Source: a virus
Taxonomy: Duplodnaviria; Heunggongvirae; Uroviricota; Caudoviricetes
Direction: 5' to 3' (one strand)
DNA: 6,943 nucleotides
IMG/VR virus record: IMGVR_UViG_2698536628_000001
This document shows positions 1 through 6,667 of the stretch, one piece after another. The position numbers and the translations under genes were made by a program. The notes under the pieces were generated by a model. It was given only the letters and a program-made list of their open reading frames with translations. It did not search any database and was not told where the DNA came from. Every line of letters starts with the position of its first letter. Positions within the stretch are counted from its first letter, which is position 1.

Positions 1-1472
1 GCTCCGGCATGCTTCTCCAGCGTCCGGAGTTCTGCCTGAAGCGTCAGCAGGGCAGCATGAGCACTGTCTTCCTGACGATCGCCCGCAGACACCTTCACGC
101 CGGACTGTTTCGGCTTTTTCAGCGTCGCTTCATAATCCTTTTTCGCCGCCGCCATCAGCGTGTTGTAATCCGCCTGCAGGATTTTCCCGTCTTTCAGTGC
201 CTTGTTCAGTTCTTCCTGACGGGCGGTATATTTCTCCAGCGGCGTCTGCAGCCGTTCGTAAGCCTTCTGCGCCTCTTCGGTATATTTCAGCCGTGACGCT
301 TCGGTATCGCTCTGCTGCTGCGCATTTTTGTCCTGTTGAGTCTGCTGCTCAGCCTTCTTTCGGGCGGCTTCAAGCGCAAGACGGGCCTTTTCACGATCAT
401 CCCAGTAACGCGCCCGCGCTTCATCGTTAACAAAATAATCATCCTTGCGCAGATTCCAGATGTCGTCTGCTTTCTTAAACGCAGCCTCTGCCTTAATCAG
501 CATCTCCTGCGCGGTATCAGGACGACCAATATCCAGCACCGCATCCCACATGGATTTGAAGGCCCGCGCAGTCCTGTCTGCCCAGGTCTCCAGCGTGCCC
601 ATGTTCTCTTTCAGGCGGCGGGTCTGGTCATCAAACCCTTTCGTTGCGGCCTCGTTCGCCGCCTGCAATGCCCCGGCTTCATCGCCGGAACGCTGCAACT
701 GAGCAACATACGCAATCTGCTCCGCCGTCACGTTATGGAACTGGCGTGCCATCGCCGTCAGCCCCGACGTCGGGTCTGTGGTCAGCTTCCCGAAGGCTTC
801 AGCGACCTTGTCCACCTCCACGCCGGATGCAGAGGAGAAACGCGCCACACTCTGGCTGATGGACGCAATCTGAGCCTCACCGCTTACCCCCGCCTTAACC
901 AGTGCGCTGAGTGACTCGCTGGTCTGGTTAAACGTCAGCCCTGCCGCCTGCCCGGCTCTGGACAGGACCAGCATACGATCTGCCGTCAGTCCCGCCTGAT
1001 TGCCGGAAAGGACCAGCGTTTTGTTGAAATCGGACAGGGTTGAGTTGCCCTGATACCAGGCATACGCCAGCGCACCGGTCGCCACCGCCAGCGAGGTGGC
1101 CCCCACCATCGGCAGGGTGATCGCACCGGCAAGCCCCCTGAACATGGGGATCATCCCGCCGAAGGAGTCCTTCACCTGCCCCCCCTGTTGCAGCAGGATC
1201 AGCCACGGACTTTGCCCGCCTGCAAGCTGCGTGGCCACGTCGGTGAACTGTGCAGGCAGCATACGCATGGCGGCTTTATACTGCCCGACGGAAATCCCCG
1301 CTTTCTGTGCAGCCAGCGCCTGTCGGCTCAGCGACTGTTCAACGACTGCCGCTGTTTTTTTCGCATCACTTTCCGTACCGGAAAAATGACGCCTGACTCT
1401 GGCCATCTGCTCGTCAAATCTGGCCGCATCCAGACTTAAATCAACGACCAGATCGCCTACCGGTTCAGCCAT
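1..1472 (-). CDS. H: Tail tape measure protein gpH, N-terminal 490 codons; the gene runs off the left window edge (lambda gpH is about 853 aa)
   Basis: ATG is the reverse complement of 1470..1472. My translation reads MAEPVGDLVVDLSLDAARFDEQMARVRRHF... and ends ...LRTLEKHAG at the window edge, matching lambda gpH. The six-frame track lists no closed minus ORF in this frame, consistent with a frame open to position 1. An AGGAGGAG Shine-Dalgarno lies 7-8 nt upstream on the minus strand (1481..1488). Confidence 0.9.
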   Translation of the reverse strand, partial: MAEPVGDLVVDLSLDAARFDEQMARVRRHFSGTESDAKKTAAVVEQSLSRQALAAQKAGISVGQYKAAMRMLPAQFTDVATQLAGGQSPWLILLQQGGQVKDSFGGMIPMFRGLAGAITLPMVGATSLAVATGALAYAWYQGNSTLSDFNKTLVLSGNQAGLTADRMLVLSRAGQAAGLTFNQTSESLSALVKAGVSGEAQIASISQSVARFSSASGVEVDKVAEAFGKLTTDPTSGLTAMARQFHNVTAEQIAYVAQLQRSGDEAGALQAANEAATKGFDDQTRRLKENMGTLETWADRTARAFKSMWDAVLDIGRPDTAQEMLIKAEAAFKKADDIWNLRKDDYFVNDEARARYWDDREKARLALEAARKKAEQQTQQDKNAQQQSDTEASRLKYTEEAQKAYERLQTPLEKYTARQEELNKALKDGKILQADYNTLMAAAKKDYEATLKKPKQSGVKVSAGDRQEDSAHAALLTLQAELRTLEKHAG

Positions 1473-1905
1473 ACCGGACTCCTCCTGCGATCCCTTCTGA
1501 TACTGTCATCAGCATTACGTCATCCTCCGTCATGTCCGCCACATCCGGGGAAGCGGGGATAACTTCATTCCCGTCCGGGCCAAAGCGGACGCCTCCGGCA
1601 AGCCCTGCCGCTTTCTGCATCAGCACATCATCTTCAGGCTCTTCGTCAGCCTCACGCCGGTTCAGCAGACTGAAATCCAGCGGATGCATATCCGGATCGC
1701 TGAAAAACAGGCTGAGCACGGTGTACGTCAGCCCGGAAAAGTGCATATCCAGCAGAACATCATGAAAATAATGGGTACTGTAAAAGCGGTGCCAGTCGGC
1801 ATACTCCGTGGATGACATCCCGGCAAGCATGGCACGCCAGTCGGGTCGCCCCATCTCGCGCGCCAGTTTCAGGGCAAAACTCAGCTCACCGTCGAACACT
1901 TTCCC
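1465..1905 (-). CDS. T: T-frame segment of the tail assembly chaperone fusion gpGT, reached by -1 frameshift from G; no independent start expected
   Basis: Track ORF 1465..1899 (VFDGELSFALKLAREMGRPDWRAMLAGMSS...) matches lambda gpT. It lies in the -1 frame relative to G and begins at the slippery heptamer 1899..1905. Stop TGA is the reverse complement of 1465..1467. Confidence 0.85.
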   Translation of the reverse strand, partial: GKVFDGELSFALKLAREMGRPDWRAMLAGMSSTEYADWHRFYSTHYFHDVLLDMHFSGLTYTVLSLFFSDPDMHPLDFSLLNRREADEEPEDDVLMQKAAGLAGGVRFGPDGNEVIPASPDVADMTEDDVMLMTVSEGIAGGVRYG

Positions 1906-2303
1906 GCAGAAACAGGCTCTGCAGGCCCGGCGTCCTCTGCCTGTTCAGGGGCATCATTCACCACAAACTCATACATACCGGACAGCCGGTACACCACGTT
2001 TTCAGCATGAGAAATTGCCTCTGTGGGCCAGGTGGTAAGCACTTCCTGCTCAATCTGTTTAACGGCTTCATTCATGGAAGGCTGCTTTGTCTTCTGCGGA
2101 TGGTTATGCCACAGGGACATCGCCACCACAAAAGCACCGGTTCTGATGGCGTCTTCCACTGTAAACTTCCGGTTGCTGTCTGACTCCGCCTGTTCTGCCT
2201 GCCGTTTCATCAGGGCGAGATGCTCAATACGCTGCAGGGCTGAAAGTTCAGAAAGCGTGACGGTCACGCCGTTATGTTCAAATGATTCGGTTTTCAGGAA
2301 CAT
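1881..2303 (-). CDS. G: Tail assembly chaperone gpG (140 aa)
   Basis: Track ORF 1881..2303, MFLKTESFEHNGVTVTLSELSALQRIEHLALMKRQ..., matches lambda gpG in sequence and length. A GGAGAG Shine-Dalgarno lies 8 nt upstream (minus-strand TAATCCGGAGAGTCAGCGATG). Confidence 0.93.
   Translation of the reverse strand: MFLKTESFEHNGVTVTLSELSALQRIEHLALMKRQAEQAESDSNRKFTVEDAIRTGAFVVAMSLWHNHPQKTKQPSMNEAVKQIEQEVLTTWPTEAISHAENVVYRLSGMYEFVVNDAPEQAEDAGPAEPVSAGKCSTVS
1899..1905 (-). other. Programmed -1 ribosomal frameshift slippery heptamer G_GGA_AAG (X_XXY_YYZ) producing gpGT
   Basis: Minus strand reads GCG GGA AAG TGT TCG ACG GTG AGC TGA in the G frame (...SAGKCSTVS*). Shifting -1 at GGGAAAG gives GGG AAA GTG TTC GAC..., which continues into the T ORF. 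It sits 5 codons before the G stop, as in the lambda G-T frameshift. Confidence 0.85.
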
Positions 2304-2318
2304 CGCTGACTCTCCGGA

Positions 2319-3059
2319 TTAACTGTCGGTGACAGTGATTTCTGCAACCGCAGCAAGTTCACCATTACCGGATACGACCGGAATGTTGACCTTGCCTGCA
2401 GCAACACCTTTCACGGTGATGGTCATACCACTGACCGACACGGTGGCTTTTGTTTTATCCGCAGACACCGCACGGAAGCTCTTGTCGGTTGCGCCTTCCG
2501 GCTGGAATGCCACGGTCAGCGTGGTGCTCTGCCCTTTCACCACCGAGGTGCTGGCAGGCGTCACGGTCATGCCGGTTGCCGCTGTGACCGTGCTGCGATC
2601 TTCTGCCATCGACGGGCGTCCCACATTGGTGACCTTCACCGTGCGGGTGATCACTTCCTTCGCCGTCACCGCTTTACCGATACTGCTGACCCAGCCACGG
2701 AACACATCGACCGTGCCGTTCGGGAAGCGGATTTTATAGGCACGGGTATCACCTTCATTAAACCACGCCAGCAGCGCCTGCTGCCCCTGCTCTCCGGGCA
2801 TCCACGCCAGCGTGAAGCTGGTATCTCCGGCTGATTTCTGCCCCTGCCCGGTCGCAGTCCAGTCCGCATCTTCATCATCGAGATAGCTGTCGTCATAGGA
2901 CTCAGCGGTCAGTTCGCCGGGCGTCAGGTCTTTAACTTTTGCCAGACGCGACCAGTCAACGTCTGAAAGCGGATTCGCATAAGGGTCACCGCTCCCCTTA
3001 TAAACCCACAGGGTGGTCCCGGCACCTTTCACCGGCATTACAGGATTTGGTACAGGCAT
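2319..3059 (-). CDS. V: Major tail tube protein gpV (246 aa) with a C-terminal Ig-like domain
   Basis: Track ORF 2319..3089 contains [36 protein letters not shown]..., matching lambda gpV. I place the start at the ATG that is the reverse complement of 3057..3059 (M11 of the track ORF), which has a GAGGA Shine-Dalgarno 4 nt upstream and gives the 246-aa length of lambda gpV. The 10 upstream track codons overlap the U 3' end and stop. Confidence 0.93.
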   Translation of the reverse strand: MPVPNPVMPVKGAGTTLWVYKGSGDPYANPLSDVDWSRLAKVKDLTPGELTAESYDDSYLDDEDADWTATGQGQKSAGDTSFTLAWMPGEQGQQALLAWFNEGDTRAYKIRFPNGTVDVFRGWVSSIGKAVTAKEVITRTVKVTNVGRPSMAEDRSTVTAATGMTVTPASTSVVKGQSTTLTVAFQPEGATDKSFRAVSADKTKATVSVSGMTITVKGVAAGKVNIPVVSGNGELAAVAEITVTDS

Positions 3060-3066
3060 AGCGTCC

Positions 3067-3462
3067 TCACATTTCATAGGTAATGACATAAGTCAGATCG
3101 GCTGAACTCCACAGGCCCGCATCATCGTCGCGTCGGTAGTCATAGCCACTGGCCACCATACTGGTGATCAACTCTGACAGTGCCGGGATATCGCTCATCA
3201 CCGGATAAATCCGGGACTCCATCCACGCATCCAGCTCTGAATCCGGCACCTGAGCAGGCAGGAAAACTTCGATATGCAGCTCCGCCTGCCAGGTATCGCT
3301 GTCCAGCTCTTCGCCCGTGTATTCAGCGCCGGTGAGATAAACGGCAACTGCCGGAAAATCCGCCTCATCAAAAACAGCGGGGCGACCATCAAAAAACGTC
3401 GCCCCGGTGTCATGCTTCTCCAGTGCATCCAGTACGGCTGCACGGAGTTCAGTATGTTTCAT
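3067..3462 (-). CDS. U: Tail terminator protein gpU (131 aa)
   Basis: Track ORF 3067..3462, [45 protein letters not shown]..., matches lambda gpU. Its ATG overlaps the Z stop as ATGA (3459..3462). Confidence 0.93.
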   Translation of the reverse strand: MKHTELRAAVLDALEKHDTGATFFDGRPAVFDEADFPAVAVYLTGAEYTGEELDSDTWQAELHIEVFLPAQVPDSELDAWMESRIYPVMSDIPALSELITSMVASGYDYRRDDDAGLWSSADLTYVITYEM

Positions 3463-4037
3463 CGCTTTATTACCATCCTCAGTTGATGCTGCAGCGCATA
3501 GCCCAGCTCTTTCGGAAGACGTTCACGCCGTATCCGCTCAATATTTTGTTTAAACGCCGTGGTCAGCGGCACCGCCATCGGGATTTTCACCACATCAATG
3601 GGGTAACGGTTTTTCCCGGCCACACGCTGCATAACATGCCACCGGCCATTTTTCAGTTGCTGAATAAACGCGCCGGGAATACGACGGTTACCCACCACAA
3701 GCACGCTGCCGCCACCTTTCAGGGATGAACGCTGCCCCTTTTTACGACGCCTGCGGCGCGAAAGGACAACCCGCGCATTACCCAGCTTGATTACGGGCAA
3801 ATCCCCCCGGTTAACCTTGATTCTGGCCTGCGGATTTTTGACCGTGGCCCTTTTCAGCCTGGCCCTTTCCTTTACCAGTTTCCGGCGTACCTTTGTCTCA
3901 CGGGCAACCTGTGACACCGACTGCGATATCGCGGATGAAGCAACGCGGTTAATGGCCATTGCGGCGGCACCGGGCACCGCCGTTCTGCTGATACGGCTGA
4001 GGTTTTCAACGGCCTGCTCAAGACCTTTTATGGCCAT
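3459..4037 (-). CDS. Z: Tail completion protein gpZ (192 aa)
   Basis: Track ORF 3459..4037, MAIKGLEQAVENLSRISRTAVPGAAAMAINRVASSAISQS..., matches lambda gpZ. An AAGGGGGA Shine-Dalgarno precedes the ATG on the minus strand. Confidence 0.93.
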   Translation of the reverse strand: MAIKGLEQAVENLSRISRTAVPGAAAMAINRVASSAISQSVSQVARETKVRRKLVKERARLKRATVKNPQARIKVNRGDLPVIKLGNARVVLSRRRRRKKGQRSSLKGGGSVLVVGNRRIPGAFIQQLKNGRWHVMQRVAGKNRYPIDVVKIPMAVPLTTAFKQNIERIRRERLPKELGYALQHQLRMVIKR

Positions 4038-4402
4038 ACATCCCCCTTCCAGCGGCGACGGTTAACGGCAGGCGGTACGCCCCGCCCAAGCCAGAGATGA
4101 CAGCTTCCGCCATCATCCGGCGAAATCCGGTCTATCCAGAAGTTTTCCTCACCGATGGTCAGCGTGTCGCCGCGCCGCAGCTGCCGCACATCATCAGTCC
4201 GGACAAACAGGGACGGGCTGGAGCCTTCAACGCGCACGCCCTGTCCGGCATAGCTGATATTTTCAGGGTCATCAAAAACACCACGTATCACAGCACCGGA
4301 CTGCTCACCGGATGTCATGGTGGCTGACGTTCCCATGTACCCGCGTATCGTTTCATCGGCGCAGGCAATGGCAGCATCGAACAGGTTATCGAAATCAGCC
4401 AC
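4028..4402 (-). CDS. FII: Head-tail joining protein gpFII, 124 aa here versus 117 aa in lambda, GTG start
   Basis: Track ORF 4028..4402, (V->M)ADFDNLFDAAIACADETIRGYMGTSATMTSGEQ..., matches lambda gpFII. The start codon is GTG (reverse complement of 4400..4402), preceded by a GGGAGG Shine-Dalgarno on the minus strand (TAACGGGAGGCGCTGTG). The C-terminus carries an extra WKGDVWP after ...AVNRRR. Confidence 0.92.
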   Translation of the reverse strand: MADFDNLFDAAIACADETIRGYMGTSATMTSGEQSGAVIRGVFDDPENISYAGQGVRVEGSSPSLFVRTDDVRQLRRGDTLTIGEENFWIDRISPDDGGSCHLWLGRGVPPAVNRRRWKGDVWP

Positions 4403-4413
4403 AGCGCCTCCCG

Positions 4414-4809
4414 TTATTGCATTCTGGCCAGGCCGCGCTCTGTCATTTCAGCTGCCACACCGGCAGAGACACGGAACGCCGTTCCCGGCAGCACAAATGC
4501 CACAGCCTCATCCCGCGTGGCGTGAAGTGCATCAGTATGCAGCGTCACCAGTGCCACAACCGTGACCAGATCAGCCGTATCAGTCACGGTATCCGGCTGC
4601 GCTGATACAACCTCATTTTCATGTCCGGTCAGCGCATTTTCCGGGCTGACAGATGTGTCCTGACCGGCAGCGTCATCCGTGTCATCAAGCTCCTCTTCCA
4701 GCTCTGCCACACGGAGCGCCAGTTCTTCTTTCGTCCCCGTCAGGCTGACATCACGGTTCAGTTGCTCACCCAGCACCTGAAGACGGGCAATCAGTTCATC
4801 TTTCGTCAT
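4414..4809 (-). CDS. FI: Head assembly and DNA-packaging accessory protein gpFI (131 aa)
   Basis: MTKDELIARLQVLGEQLNRDVSLTGTKEELALRVAELEEELDD...AEMTERGLARMQ matches lambda gpFI. I chose the ATG that is the reverse complement of 4807..4809 because it has a GGAGGA Shine-Dalgarno 4 nt upstream. The track's longer start at 4848 lies inside the intergenic hairpin. Confidence 0.9.
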   Translation of the reverse strand: MTKDELIARLQVLGEQLNRDVSLTGTKEELALRVAELEEELDDTDDAAGQDTSVSPENALTGHENEVVSAQPDTVTDTADLVTVVALVTLHTDALHATRDEAVAFVLPGTAFRVSAGVAAEMTERGLARMQ

Positions 4810-4819
4810 GGACTCCTCC
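4810..4819 (-). promoter_or_regulatory. Ribosome binding site for FI (minus-strand GGAGGAGTCC immediately 5' of the ATG)
   Basis: The reverse complement of 4810..4819 is GGAGGAGTCC, followed directly by ATG at 4809..4807. Confidence 0.75.
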
Positions 4820-4820
4820 A

Positions 4821-4848
4821 CAGAGAGAAAATGGCCCCGAAGGGCCAT
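4821..4848 (-). terminator. Intergenic E-FI stem-loop: 7-bp stem AUGGCCC/GGGCCAU with a UUCG tetraloop, followed by a U/C-rich tract. Candidate partial intrinsic terminator or mRNA 3' stabiliser
   Basis: Plus 4831..4848 atggccc-cgaa-gggccat is a perfect inverted repeat. On the minus-strand RNA it reads AUGGCCC UUCG GGGCCAU, then UUUCUCUCUG (reverse complement of 4821..4830). It lies 2 nt after the E stop codon. Confidence 0.5.
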
Positions 4849-4850
4849 GA

Positions 4851-5705
4851 TTACGCCAGTTGTACGGACACGAACGCATCAGGGTCAGCCAGCAGCATCA
4901 GCGGTGCTGACTGAATCATGGTGAACTCACGCGCCGGATCGCCGGTGGTCACCCAGTTTTTCGGGTAGCGGGCAGAGGCGTTAATACCTTCGCGCTGTGC
5001 GTCCGCATCCTGAATGCAGCCATAGGTGCGCAGACCGCGTGCCTGAGTGTTCCCCAGCACCATCGTGTTGTCCGGAAGGAAGTTCTTTTTGACGTCGTTT
5101 TCCACGTACTGTCCGGAATACACGACGATCGCCGTATCGCCATACATCCCCTTATAGGACACCGCTTCGCCCAGGTCTTTTACCGCTGTCTCCAGCTCGG
5201 AATGAGAGCCGCGACGGGTATCCAGCTTCTCCCTGACGGCTTTGAAGGAACGGAACAGCGCCCAGCCTTTCGGATCAAACACGATGATATTCACCACACC
5301 GCTGGCGTTCAGCGCGTAGGCTTCGATATCGTCGGTCGGGTCATACGTGGACTTGTCACGCTTGCTCCACTCCGTACCGCCGGACTGCGTGATGTTGTTC
5401 GCCACACTGCGGCCCATATCCACTTCAACCGGATCGAAGGCTTCACCGGTCATGGTGTATTTGCCCTTAAGCACGGCAGAAACTGCCTGCATCTCTTCGA
5501 CCTGAGCAATGGCCAGCTCTTCGTCTCGCATGTTCTGCAGGATGATGCGACGGCGGCGGTAAGCCGGGTCCGCCAGATTCTGTGGATCTTCATCCGGCAG
5601 GCGACGCAGGGTCATCTGCGGATTCACTTCATGCTTGGGTTTGACATATCCCGGCGTAAATTCAGAGGTGGAGCCGCCACGGGAGCGGATAACCTCACCG
5701 GAAAC
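4851..5705 (-). CDS. E: Major capsid protein gpE, C-terminal 284 codons; the 5' end is lost in the N gap (lambda gpE is 341 aa)
   Basis: Track ORF 4851..5627, ...NPQMTLRRLPDEDPQNLADPAYRRRRIILQNMRDEEL...ADPDAFVSVQLA, matches lambda gpE. The frame stays open and keeps matching (KPKHEV) up to the gap at 5705. The track's start at 5627 is an internal GTG (Val). Confidence 0.92.
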   Translation of the reverse strand, partial: VSGEVIRSRGGSTSEFTPGYVKPKHEVNPQMTLRRLPDEDPQNLADPAYRRRRIILQNMRDEELAIAQVEEMQAVSAVLKGKYTMTGEAFDPVEVDMGRSVANNITQSGGTEWSKRDKSTYDPTDDIEAYALNASGVVNIIVFDPKGWALFRSFKAVREKLDTRRGSHSELETAVKDLGEAVSYKGMYGDTAIVVYSGQYVENDVKKNFLPDNTMVLGNTQARGLRTYGCIQDADAQREGINASARYPKNWVTTGDPAREFTMIQSAPLMLLADPDAFVSVQLA

Positions 5706-5750
5706 NNNNNNNNNNNNNNNNNNNNNNNNNNNNNNNNNNNNNNNNNNNNN
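5706..5750. other. Run of 45 N: assembly gap or masked bases
   Basis: Positions 5706..5750 are all n in the supplied sequence. Confidence 0.99.
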
Positions 5751-6052
5751 GCGGTCCGTTTTTTCGTCTCATCGCTGGCAGCCTCCGGCCAGAGCACATC
5801 CTCATAACGGAACGTGCCGGACTTGTAGAACGTCAGCGTGGTGCTGGTCTGGTCAGCAGCAACCGCCAGAATGCCAACGGCAGCACCGTCGGTGGTGCCA
5901 TCCCACGCAACCAGCTTACGGGTGGCGGTGTCCAGCATCAGCGGGGTCATTGCAGGCGCTTTCGCACTCAATCCGCCGGGCGCGGTTGCGGTATGAGCCG
6001 GGTCACTGTTGCCCAGCGGCTGGTAATGGGTAAAGGTTTCTTTGCTCGTCAT
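5751..6052 (-). CDS. D: Head decoration protein gpD, residues 1-100; the 3' end is lost in the N gap (lambda gpD is 110 aa)
   Basis: [42 protein letters not shown]...[11 protein letters not shown], then the gap. The ATG is the reverse complement of 6050..6052, with AGGG 6 nt upstream. The track's start at 6058 (MFM...) is 2 codons further upstream and overlaps the Shine-Dalgarno. Confidence 0.92.
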
Positions 6053-6061
6053 AAACATCCC

Positions 6062-6667
6062 TTACACTGGTGTGTTCAGCAAATCGTTAACGGCATCAGA
6101 TGCCGGGTTACCTGCAGCCAGCGGTGCCGGGGCACCCTGCATCAGACGATCCAGCGCAGTGTCACTGCGCGCCTGTGCACTCTGTGGTGCTGCGGCCAGA
6201 ATGCGGCGGGCCGTTTCCACGGTCATACCGGGGGTTTCTGCCAGCACGCGTGCCTGTTCTTCGCGTCCGTGAGCCTCCTCACAGTTGAGGATCCCCATAA
6301 TGCGGCTGTTTTCTGCCGCAACCGCTGCGGTGATCTGCGCGTTCACGTCCGGCTGCGCCGCGCTGGCGTTTTCGCCCTCCGTCGCTGGCACCACGTCAGT
6401 AACGTCAGCCTGCGAAGCAGTGGCTGAAACAGTTGTTGATTGAGTCTCTTTGGTCATTCGCCCTCCTGAGAGACGGGATTTACGTGCATCCAGTGCATCA
6501 CGCATGACGGTGATCGCATCGGTGCTGTTAACAAGTTCATCAGCCAGTCCGGCATCAATGGCCTCCTGACCGCTGTACACTGCAGCCTCGGTATCCAGCA
6601 CAGCCTGCACGGACAGGCCGGTATATGCCGACACCTTCTGCGCAAACATCTGGCGGGTTGCGTCCAT
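6062..6667 (-). CDS. Nu3: Scaffolding protein Nu3, nested in-frame in the 3' part of C (internal initiation; 201 aa)
   Basis: The in-frame internal ATG (reverse complement of 6665..6667) begins MDATRQMFAQKVSAYTGL... and shares the C stop. This mirrors the lambda arrangement in which Nu3 is the C-terminal 201 codons of C. No strong Shine-Dalgarno is visible, so the call rests on homology and position. Confidence 0.55.
   Translation of the reverse strand: MDATRQMFAQKVSAYTGLSVQAVLDTEAAVYSGQEAIDAGLADELVNSTDAITVMRDALDARKSRLSGGRMTKETQSTTVSATASQADVTDVVPATEGENASAAQPDVNAQITAAVAAENSRIMGILNCEEAHGREEQARVLAETPGMTVETARRILAAAPQSAQARSDTALDRLMQGAPAPLAAGNPASDAVNDLLNTPV

Noticed and set aside
336-914. 192-aa plus-strand ORF (also 9..296, 197..430, 445..702, 644..859, 1096..1389, 1188..1439)
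   Set aside because: All lie antisense to the tape measure gene H, whose minus-strand frame is open and matches lambda gpH throughout. The plus-strand products are low-complexity and Arg/Pro/Ser-rich, typical of out-of-frame readings of GC-rich coding DNA.
928-1206. Short minus-strand ORFs embedded in other genes (928..1206, 2666..2896, 3198..3443, 4949..5143, 6454..6723)
   Set aside because: Each is an alternative frame inside H, V, U, E or C respectively. They are Arg/Gly/Cys-rich with no ribosome binding site, and the overlapping frame has the clear homolog.
1812-2322. Plus-strand ORFs 1812..2183, 1808..2038, 2023..2322, 2329..2739, 3274..3486, 3423..3728, 3787..4065, 4097..4327, 4312..4605, 4621..4914, 1532..1765
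   Set aside because: All are antisense to G/T, V, U, Z, FII, FI and E. There is no independent support, and the late operon is transcribed from the other strand.
3060-3089. 10-codon N-terminal extension of V ([10 protein letters not shown])
   Set aside because: It overlaps the U stop and 3' end. The ATG at 3057..3059 has a Shine-Dalgarno and gives the lambda gpV N-terminus MPVPNP at the expected 246-aa length.
4810-4848. 13-codon N-terminal extension of FI (MALRGHFLSVEES) from an ATG at 4846..4848
   Set aside because: That ATG lies inside the intergenic palindrome and has no Shine-Dalgarno. The downstream ATG at 4807..4809 has a GGAGGA Shine-Dalgarno and gives the lambda gpFI N-terminus MTKDEL.
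5202-5807. 201-aa plus-strand ORF spanning the N gap (also 5635..6033, 5993..6427, 6042..6272, 6100..6288, 6704..6931)
   Set aside because: Antisense to E, D and C. The ORF is only continuous because N codons are translated as X. No start or ribosome binding site support.
5624-6058. Track ORF continuing the D frame through the N run into sequence beyond it
   Set aside because: The part after the gap (5624..5705) is E coding sequence read out of frame. The true D C-terminus is inside the gap. The track's first ATG (6056..6058) overlaps the Shine-Dalgarno, so the start was placed at 6052.
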